From: an uncultured Acidobacteriota bacterium
Lineage (GTDB): Bacteria; Acidobacteriota; Vicinamibacteria; Vicinamibacterales; UBA8438
Reading direction: 5' to 3'
NCBI GenBank assembly: GCA_913043225.1
Contig: CAJWLU010000009.1
Coordinates: 32,001 to 96,000 of the forward strand
DNA: 64,000 bases
Shown here: positions 57,046-64,000 of the stretch, in pieces
Numbering within the stretch: the first letter of the stretch is position 1
Layout of the letters: every line of letters begins with the position of its first letter
Translations under genes and position numbers: made by a program
The notes under the pieces: generated by a model
Told to the model about the DNA's origin: nothing
Database searches by the model: none
Seen by the model: the letters and a program-made list of their open reading frames with translations, nothing else

Positions 57046-58623
57046 ATGAGAGTGAAACAGCTTGCTGGTATCGGACTGCTAACGACGTTGCTAGCTGTGC
57101 CCAGTGCTGCGGCGCTGGGTGCCCGTGCCGACGACGCGTCGCTAGCCGATGCGCTGCAGCGGGGTGACGTCACTGCGGCGCGTGGTCTGCTGGCCGATGG
57201 GGCGGAGGTGAATGTCCCGCAGGTCGATGGCATGACGGCTTTGCACTGGGCGGTGTATCACGATGATACCGGCATGGTGCAGCTGTTACTCGAGGCCGGA
57301 GGCCACGTGGAGGCGGCCAATCGCTACGGTGTGCGCCCGCTGTGGGTGGCGGTAACTAACGGCAGCAGCCCGGTGGTGACGCTGCTTCTCGACGCTGGCG
57401 CGGATCCCAATGCGACGGCTCGCGGTGGCCAGACGCTCTTGATGCATGCGGCTCGCACGGGTAGCGTGCAGGTGGTGCGGGCCCTGCTGGGGCGAGGCGC
57501 CGACCCGAACGCGGTCGAGATGCGTAGCCAGACGGCACTGATGTGGGCGGCGGCCGAGGGCCACGCCGACATCGTGCATGCGCTGCTGGAAACCGGGGCG
57601 GAGATGAATCCGCGGCTCCGGTCCGGCTTCACGCCGTTCTTCTTCGCGGTGCGCGAAGGGCACCGTGACGTGGTGCAGACCTTCCTCCAGGCGGGTGCCG
57701 ACCTGAACGAGGTGCTGGTGCGGGTCAAGGACGGTCCGGACCCCACGGTCAACAACGCGACCTACCGGCCGGTGGATGACGGCATCAGCCCGCTGATTCT
57801 CGCCATCCGGAACGGGCATTTCGAGCTGGCCGTCGATTTGGTCGAGGCTGGTGGCGACCCCAACGACGTGCGCAGTGGCTTCGGCCCGCTGCACACCATG
57901 AGTTGGGTTAGGAAGCCGGACGAGAGCGACCGGGGAGATCCAGCGCCGATCGGTTCGGGCCGCCTCAGCAGCCTCGACTTCGTGCGAACGATGGTTGATT
58001 TCGGAGCGGACGTGAATCTGCGCCTGCCAAAAGGGTCGCCCAGACAGCCGAACTCGGCGTCGCGGACGAACTCGCCTGGAGCCACTCCCTTCCTGCTGGC
58101 GTCCGATCGGGCCGATGCGGCGCTCATGGAACTGCTGCTCGAACTGGGCGCCAATCCGTTCATCCCGAACCACGATGGGACGACGCCGTTGATGGCGGCG
58201 GCCGGGTTGGGCACGGCCGCGCCGGAAGAGGAAGCGGGCACCGAGCCGGAGGCTTTCGTTGCGACCCAGTTACTGCTGGATCTCGGCGCCAACGTCGACG
58301 ACGTCAACATCGATGGCGACACCGCTATGCACGGCGCCGCCTATGGTAGTTTCCCGACCGTCGTGAACCTGCTGGCCGACCATGGGGCGGACATTCGCTT
58401 CTGGAACACCAAGAACAAGCAGGGTCGGACGCCGCTGTTCATCGCCGAGGGGCATCGGGGTGGCCTGCCGCGTCCGTCGCGCTCGACTATCGCTGCGATC
58501 ACCGCGCTGATGGACGGGGCCGGCGTTTCGATCGCGGGTGAGCGTCCCGAGATCGTCGACCAGTATTCACGTCCGTCCGAGCCGCCGAAGCCGGCCGAGA
58601 TCAAGCCGCAGACACAGCGGTAA
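57046..58623 (+). CDS. secreted ankyrin repeat protein
   Basis: Multiple G.T(P/A)L..A...G....V..LL..GA..N repeats; signal peptide. Confidence 0.9.
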   Translation: MRVKQLAGIGLLTTLLAVPSAAALGARADDASLADALQRGDVTAARGLLADGAEVNVPQVDGMTALHWAVYHDDTGMVQLLLEAGGHVEAANRYGVRPLWVAVTNGSSPVVTLLLDAGADPNATARGGQTLLMHAARTGSVQVVRALLGRGADPNAVEMRSQTALMWAAAEGHADIVHALLETGAEMNPRLRSGFTPFFFAVREGHRDVVQTFLQAGADLNEVLVRVKDGPDPTVNNATYRPVDDGISPLILAIRNGHFELAVDLVEAGGDPNDVRSGFGPLHTMSWVRKPDESDRGDPAPIGSGRLSSLDFVRTMVDFGADVNLRLPKGSPRQPNSASRTNSPGATPFLLASDRADAALMELLLELGANPFIPNHDGTTPLMAAAGLGTAAPEEEAGTEPEAFVATQLLLDLGANVDDVNIDGDTAMHGAAYGSFPTVVNLLADHGADIRFWNTKNKQGRTPLFIAEGHRGGLPRPSRSTIAAITALMDGAGVSIAGERPEIVDQYSRPSEPPKPAEIKPQTQR

Positions 58624-58672
58624 CCGAAGACCCTCGCTCCCGAGTCGGGCGCCCTTTTCCGGCTTCGACCAC

Positions 58673-59791
58673 ATGCGCCGGTATCTCATTCCGGTCGCCG
58701 TTTCTCTCATCTTCATCGCGTCGTCTCCCTACATGGGACTGATCCGGGACGGCCTCAAAGCCGCACTCGGGGAGGCCTTCACGCAGGTGGTTGGGGCTGT
58801 CGTGGGCCTGGCGGGCGCGGCCGTCCTCGTGTGGGGGGTGCGACGTGTCCGCGAGTGCGGCCGACAGGGCGCTGGCCTGATGGCGCTGGCGGTTGCGCTG
58901 GCGGCCGCTTACGGGTTCGTGATGCGCACGGGCATCCCAGACGTGGACGCGGTCGAGCGTATCCACTTCCTGCAGTACGGTTTGGTGGCGCTGCTCTTCT
59001 ATCGCGCGACGATGCCCGCACCGTTGATGGTGGTGGTGCCAATCACTCTGCTTACTGGCACTCTCGTCGGTATCGGTGAGGAGTGGTTGCAGTGGCTCGT
59101 ACCGACCCGGGTCGGTGATGTGCGGGACGTCCTGCTCAATTTCTGGGCGTTGGGGTGTGGACTGCTGTTTGCCGTCGGCCTCGTACCTCTTGACGCCGCC
59201 GTGTCTCGGCCGATGCCATGGAGACGGCTGAGCCTGCTGGGCAGCGTCGTACTGGTGGTATTTGCAGGTTTTCTCGACAGTGCCCATCTGGGTGAATTGA
59301 ACGAAGCGCCCAGCATTGGGCGCTTCCGGTCGTTCTTCACGGTCGAAGAGCTCGAGGAGGTGTCGGCCGACCGGTTCCGCCGTTGGGCCGCGGATCCGCC
59401 GATCGACCTTGGTGGTCCGTTCTCGGTGCAGGATCACTTTCTGGTCGAAGCCGGCGCCCGGGTGCAACGGCGGAACGAAGCCTATGCCGCCGGGGCTTTC
59501 GCCGACGCGTGGCGAGAGAACGCCCTCCTCGAGGCCTACTACGCCCCGATGCTCGACTTGCGGTCGTTCGGCAGCGGAGATCCACATCGCTGGCCGGCAG
59601 CGCAGCGGGATGAGGTGGAAGCGAAAGGGGCGGGTCTGGTGTCTGGTGTGTGGGTCAGCCCCGTCTACCAAGATCGCGTCCATGTCGTGCCCACCCGTGG
59701 GCAGCTGTGGTTGGGTACCGGCGCAATCGCCGTCTTGCTGCTTGGTGCGGCCGCCTTCAAGAGGCGGGCGGCTGACGCTGGGTCAGGGTAG
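58673..59791 (+). CDS. VanZ-like membrane protein with periplasmic extension
   Basis: ERIHFLQYG, EEWLQ...PTRVGD.RDV.LN; multiple TM segments. Confidence 0.75.
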   Translation: MRRYLIPVAVSLIFIASSPYMGLIRDGLKAALGEAFTQVVGAVVGLAGAAVLVWGVRRVRECGRQGAGLMALAVALAAAYGFVMRTGIPDVDAVERIHFLQYGLVALLFYRATMPAPLMVVVPITLLTGTLVGIGEEWLQWLVPTRVGDVRDVLLNFWALGCGLLFAVGLVPLDAAVSRPMPWRRLSLLGSVVLVVFAGFLDSAHLGELNEAPSIGRFRSFFTVEELEEVSADRFRRWAADPPIDLGGPFSVQDHFLVEAGARVQRRNEAYAAGAFADAWRENALLEAYYAPMLDLRSFGSGDPHRWPAAQRDEVEAKGAGLVSGVWVSPVYQDRVHVVPTRGQLWLGTGAIAVLLLGAAAFKRRAADAGSG

Positions 59792-59832
59792 AATCCCATC
59801 ATTCACCCGCGCTGTTGCTCAGGAGCCAGTCC

Positions 59833-61563
59833 ATGCCACGTCGCCTTGCTGTCCTGGTCGGTTCGGTGGTCGCCGCCAGCCTGCTCTTGTCCGATGCTCG
59901 TGCCCAGACGGCGTTCGAGCCGGTTACCGACGAGATGCTGCAGAACCCAGCGCCCGGCGATTGGCTGATGTGGCGCCGGACGCTGAACGGGTGGGGCTAC
60001 AGCCCGCTCGACCAGGTTAATAAGGAGACGGTGGCCGAACTGCAGATGGTGTGGACCCGAGGGCTTCGGCCCGGCGCCCAGGAGGGCACGCCGATCGCCT
60101 ACGGCGGCACCCTCTATATGCCCAACCCCAACGAGGTCGTGCAGGCGATCGACGCGGTCACCGGCGATCTCAAGTGGGAGTACAGGCGGAATATTCCAGA
60201 GGACGTGCCGGAGGTGATGGGCGGGCTGACCGAGAATAATCGGAACCTGGCCATCTATGGTGACAAGATCATCGACACTGCCAACGACGACTACCTGTAT
60301 GCGCTGGAGGCCGAGACCGGCGAATTGGCCTGGGAGCACCAGATCTTCGACTACCAGGTGCATCCGGCTCGACACTCGTCGGGGCCGATTATCGCCACCG
60401 GCAAGATCATTTCCGGCCGCAGCTGTCGGCCGAGGGCGGGCCCGGTGTCGTGCGTGATCATCGCGCACGATGCCGACACGGGGGAGGAGCTCTGGCGTAC
60501 GGCGTTGATACCGGCGCCGGGTGAGCCGGGGGATGAGACTTGGGGTGGCGTGCCCTACGAAGAGCGAATGCACGTGGGCTCTTGGATGGTGCCCAGCTAT
60601 GACCCGGAACTGAATCTGATCTACGTCGGGACCTCGGTGACCTCACCGGCACCGAAATTTATGCTCGGCGGCCACCAACTCAAGCACCTCTACCATAACT
60701 CGACGCTCGCCATGGACGCCGACACCGGCGATATCCGCTGGTACTACCAGCACCTGAACGACCACTGGGATCTGGACCACCCCTATGAGCGTCTGTTGGT
60801 CGACACGGCGGTGGCTCCGGATCCGAGCGCTGTGGACTGGATCAACCCGCGGCTTCAGCTGGGAGAGGAGCGGAAGGTCATTACCGGGATTCCGGGGAAG
60901 ACCGGTGTCGTCTACACGCTCGACCGCGAGACTGGCGAGTTCCTGTGGGCTACGCCGACCGTGACCCAGAACGTGGTCAGCGACATCGATGGCGCGACCG
61001 GCGCGGTGACCGAGAACTCCGAGGTGGTCTTTACGGCGCTGGGACAGGAAGTGCTGTCGTGCCCGTCGTGGGGCGGAGGTAAGAACTGGCCGGCTGGCGC
61101 CTACAGCCCGCTGACCAATCGAATGTTCTTTCCGTTGCAGCAGACCTGTGCGCGCTTGCTTTCCACCATGGAGGGCGGTCTGGCCATCTACCGGCTGGCG
61201 GCGAGGATGCAGCTGTCGCCTGGTACCGAACTGCTGGGCACGGTGCGGGGTATCGATACCGCGACGGGTGAGACCACGTGGTTGCACGAGCAGCGAGCGC
61301 AGACCTTCTCGCTGGTGGCCACGGCCGGAGGACTGGTCTTCGGAGGAGATGGGAACGGTCGGTTCCGGGCCTTCGATCAGGACTCCGGTGAGGTGCTCTG
61401 GGAGGTTAACCTTGGGTCGCCGGTGACCGGGTTCCCGATCACTTATGCGGTCGATGGTCGCCAGTATGTCGTGGCCAGCACCGGCAGTCGGCGTCAGGCA
61501 CTCACGCCGGAGGTCACTCCGAGCGCCGGCAACAATATCTTCGTGTTCGCGCTCCCAGAATGA
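59833..61563 (+). CDS. PQQ-dependent dehydrogenase (alcohol DH-like), secreted
   Basis: AGGAG RBS; DWLMWRRT..GWGYSPLDQV, QEGTP, YDPELNLIY, NDHWDLD, PITYAVDGRQY; same subfamily as 3621..5414. Confidence 0.9.
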   Translation: MPRRLAVLVGSVVAASLLLSDARAQTAFEPVTDEMLQNPAPGDWLMWRRTLNGWGYSPLDQVNKETVAELQMVWTRGLRPGAQEGTPIAYGGTLYMPNPNEVVQAIDAVTGDLKWEYRRNIPEDVPEVMGGLTENNRNLAIYGDKIIDTANDDYLYALEAETGELAWEHQIFDYQVHPARHSSGPIIATGKIISGRSCRPRAGPVSCVIIAHDADTGEELWRTALIPAPGEPGDETWGGVPYEERMHVGSWMVPSYDPELNLIYVGTSVTSPAPKFMLGGHQLKHLYHNSTLAMDADTGDIRWYYQHLNDHWDLDHPYERLLVDTAVAPDPSAVDWINPRLQLGEERKVITGIPGKTGVVYTLDRETGEFLWATPTVTQNVVSDIDGATGAVTENSEVVFTALGQEVLSCPSWGGGKNWPAGAYSPLTNRMFFPLQQTCARLLSTMEGGLAIYRLAARMQLSPGTELLGTVRGIDTATGETTWLHEQRAQTFSLVATAGGLVFGGDGNGRFRAFDQDSGEVLWEVNLGSPVTGFPITYAVDGRQYVVASTGSRRQALTPEVTPSAGNNIFVFALPE

Positions 61564-61613
61564 TGGACGTCATCCGGGTCTGTTTAGTCGCGCGGTCGCG
61601 CGACTGATCCGAC

Positions 61614-62510
61614 GTGATTCCGATGCTGCAGCGAGCGGTTATGGTCGGGTGCCTGCTGGCCTTCGCTGGTCCAGTGGTCGGCCAGGTGTCGGTCGGGCTG
61701 ACGTTCCGGGTTCAGGCACATTATCCCGACGGCCGACCGGTGCTCGACCTGCAGCCTTATGAGGTGGTCATCGCTCAGGACGGTGTCAGGTGTCCGGTTG
61801 TGGATATGGAGCGGGTCGGTTGGCCGCTCAAGGTCGTGCTACTGCTTGATGACTCGGTCTGGATGCAGGGCTACCTAGTGCACTTGCGGAACTCGCTGCG
61901 CGGTTTCGTGGACGCGCTGCCTAGCGGCGCTGAGGTGGCGGTGGTCACGATGTCCTACCGGCCGGACGACCTGCTGCAGTTCACGACCGATCGTGACGCG
62001 GTTGGACAGCAGCTCAGCGAGTATTTGGTGAAGCAATTTGCACGGGCCTCGTCCGCGAGTGCGCTGCGAGAGACGCTCGAGGCACTCTACCGAACCGATG
62101 CCGAAGGGCCCGTGATTGCGGTGGTGGCAGGGGATGGTCCAGATCCAGCCTTCGGTCCAGAGGAACTGAGAGAGACGGTCGAGCGTGTGCTGGAACTCGG
62201 TGCAACGGTGGATACGCTGGCACTGAGACCGCCCAGCGAGAGACCGCCCGATGGTCTGGCCCTTAGGTTCACCGAGATGACCAACGGCTGGTCGCGTCGG
62301 ATCGGGCGGCCTAGCCCGGCGGTGGGTAATCTGCTCCGTGAGATGGGGGAAACCATCGCGCGACGGGCCGGCGACGGTCCTAACCACTATCTCGTGAGTT
62401 GCGAACCTCAGAGAGATGCGCTCGCCGCCGAGTTGTTCGGGGTAGCCGTGCTCCGTGAGGGGGTCGAAGTTCGGGTTAACGGGCAGCTTTTCCGCAGCGC
62501 CGGTCCGTAG
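61614..62510 (+). CDS. VWA-like (acidobacterial VWFA-related) secreted protein
   Basis: DGRPV.DL...E...QDG, VVLLLDDS (degenerate MIDAS), FTTDR. Confidence 0.6.
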   Translation: MIPMLQRAVMVGCLLAFAGPVVGQVSVGLTFRVQAHYPDGRPVLDLQPYEVVIAQDGVRCPVVDMERVGWPLKVVLLLDDSVWMQGYLVHLRNSLRGFVDALPSGAEVAVVTMSYRPDDLLQFTTDRDAVGQQLSEYLVKQFARASSASALRETLEALYRTDAEGPVIAVVAGDGPDPAFGPEELRETVERVLELGATVDTLALRPPSERPPDGLALRFTEMTNGWSRRIGRPSPAVGNLLREMGETIARRAGDGPNHYLVSCEPQRDALAAELFGVAVLREGVEVRVNGQLFRSAGP

Positions 62511-62515
62511 CGTCT

Positions 62516-64000
62516 TCAGGGAGTGTCTGGCAGGGCGAATGCCCAGAAACCTAGGCCTGACGCGATCGCGACATACTGGCGCCCCCCTACCATGTAGGTC
62601 ATCGGCGAGGCCTTCCAGTCCTGATTGGCCTGGAAGTGCCAGAGCGGGTCGCCCGTCTCGGCGTCCAGCGCGGCAAACGCGCCGCTGTCTTCCCCGAAGA
62701 AGACCAGGTCGCCTGCGGTTGAAAGGACGCCAGAATAGGTCTGCGCATACCCGGTCTGCGCATAGCTCCACGCTACCTCACCGGTCTGGATGTCGATGGC
62801 TCGGATAAATTTCTGGTTCGGTGAACCGTCGGCCAGACGCGCCGTACCGCTTAGCCAGCTTCGACCACGTTGCCAGGGGTCGTCGTTCTTGGTGTAGGTC
62901 ATGCACGACTCGTGCGCCAGGAGGTAGAACAGGCCGGTTCCCGGATGGTAGCTGGTGGCCCACCAGTTGGTGGCGCCTCGGATCGCGGGGCAGACATCGA
63001 CCCCTTCCTCGGTAGGGTCGGTGTTGGGCAGCACGATGGGCCGGCCTGAGTCGTTGAGTCCTTCGGCCCAGGTCTGCGGCACGAACGGCTCACCCAGTAG
63101 GAACTGGCCGTTGGTGCGGTCAAGGACGTAAAAGAAGCCGTTGCGATTGCCCTGGAGCAGCAGCTGACGTTCGCGCCCCCCGAACTCGGCGTCGACAAGC
63201 AGCAGCGGCTCCTGTGCGTCCCAGTCGTGCGTGTCGTGCGGCGTGAACTGGAAGTACCACTCGAGTGCGCCGGTCTCGGGCCGTAGGGCCACGACGGAGT
63301 TCGTATAGAGGTTGTCACCTGGTCGCCGATCTCCATTGAGATCAGGACACGGGTTGCCCGTCGCCCAGTACAGCAGGTCGAGCTCGGGGTCGTAGCTGCC
63401 GGTCAGCCACGTTGCCCCACAGCCCTTGGCGAGGACTTCGGGGTCACCCCAGGTTTCGGAACCCGGTTCACCCGGAGCCGGAATAGTCCAGAAGCGCCAC
63501 GCTCGGTCGCCGGATTCAGCGTGGTACGCGTCGAGGAAGCCACGCAGTCCCGTGTCACCGGCGCTGATGCCAGCGATGACCAGGTCTCCTACCACCAGCG
63601 GCGCCGCGACTGCGCCGTAGTGGTCGCGATAGTCCGCCATCTCGGTATCCCAGACCAGGGTTCCGCTGAAACGGTTCAGTGCGATGACGTGTGCGTGGTC
63701 GGTCACGGTGAAGACGAGGTCGTTTCGGACCGCGACCCCTCGGTTCAGTCCGATGGCGGGATCGCCGACCAGGCCTTCGGTGCGCGGCTGCGAGTATCGC
63801 CAGATCTCGCGCCCGGTAGACGCATCGAGGGCGTACACCTGATTCACGCTCGTGACATACATCACTCCAGCGATGACCACAGGGGTACCCTCGAGCATTG
63901 GCACATCGGGAATCGGGTAGAACCACTGAGCAGTGAGTTGGTCGACGTTGTTGCGGTCGATCTGGTCGACCGCGCTGTGACGGTTCGACGAGTCGTCGCC
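62516..64000 (-). CDS. PQQ-dependent dehydrogenase, methanol/ethanol family-like (5'-truncated)
   Basis: Frame open to the window edge (NRHSAVDQI); EGTP, NRGVA, YDPELDLLYWATGNP, QFTPHDTHDWD, NRNGFFYVLDRTNG. Confidence 0.9.
   Translation of the reverse strand, partial: GDDSSNRHSAVDQIDRNNVDQLTAQWFYPIPDVPMLEGTPVVIAGVMYVTSVNQVYALDASTGREIWRYSQPRTEGLVGDPAIGLNRGVAVRNDLVFTVTDHAHVIALNRFSGTLVWDTEMADYRDHYGAVAAPLVVGDLVIAGISAGDTGLRGFLDAYHAESGDRAWRFWTIPAPGEPGSETWGDPEVLAKGCGATWLTGSYDPELDLLYWATGNPCPDLNGDRRPGDNLYTNSVVALRPETGALEWYFQFTPHDTHDWDAQEPLLLVDAEFGGRERQLLLQGNRNGFFYVLDRTNGQFLLGEPFVPQTWAEGLNDSGRPIVLPNTDPTEEGVDVCPAIRGATNWWATSYHPGTGLFYLLAHESCMTYTKNDDPWQRGRSWLSGTARLADGSPNQKFIRAIDIQTGEVAWSYAQTGYAQTYSGVLSTAGDLVFFGEDSGAFAALDAETGDPLWHFQANQDWKASPMTYMVGGRQYVAIASGLGFWAFALPDTP

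Noticed and set aside
62516..64000. Calling any PQQ gene xoxF, mxaF, exaA or gcd
   Set aside because: The vicinal Cys-Cys or the N-terminal TM anchor is missing; sequences are too divergent.
2..64000. Amber (TAG) recoding or pyrrolysine
   Set aside because: TAG occurs at expected C-termini, no gene appears interrupted, and no pyl genes are present.
1..64000. CRISPR arrays, tRNA/rRNA, IS/integrase, prophage, intact defence systems
   Set aside because: None recognised by eye; the repeats seen are protein-level (ankyrin, FG-GAP, PQQ) or paralogy, and the helicase and RNase H look like housekeeping genes.

Overview
A GC-rich bacterial window with 42 intact or edge-truncated CDSs and no rRNA, tRNA, CRISPR array or intact mobile element that I could recognise. 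Gene content suggests Acidobacteriota, probably Vicinamibacteria/subdivision 6 (inference): many secreted PQQ-type beta-propellers, a DUF1592/DUF1552/ankyrin operon, '...EYACHEGN' hypothetical proteins and a VWA protein. The window is dominated by exported enzymes: 8 quinoprotein dehydrogenase-like genes (one fused to a cupredoxin with Ala at the axial Met position), 3 BamB/PQQ_2-like propellers, a tannase/feruloyl esterase, an SGNH hydrolase, an M6 protease, a Tat nucleoside hydrolase and a signal-peptide-bearing HpcH aldolase. The best candidates for an undescribed system are (i) a translationally coupled RnfD/NqrB-like + Sel1 membrane protein and Tat-lipoprotein molybdopterin oxidoreductase followed by an M6 protease, with no canonical Fe-S or anchor subunits, and (ii) the FO synthase fbiC coupled to a Cys-rich membrane-anchored protein. 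Also present: trmB, an rnhA with a zinc-ribbon-like N-terminus, a SUV3-like helicase, a divergent transketolase, a B12 radical SAM enzyme, a lipid module, several small pseudogene remnants, a lower-GC islet, and TAG as the most common stop codon. All family calls come from motif recognition by eye; no database search was run.
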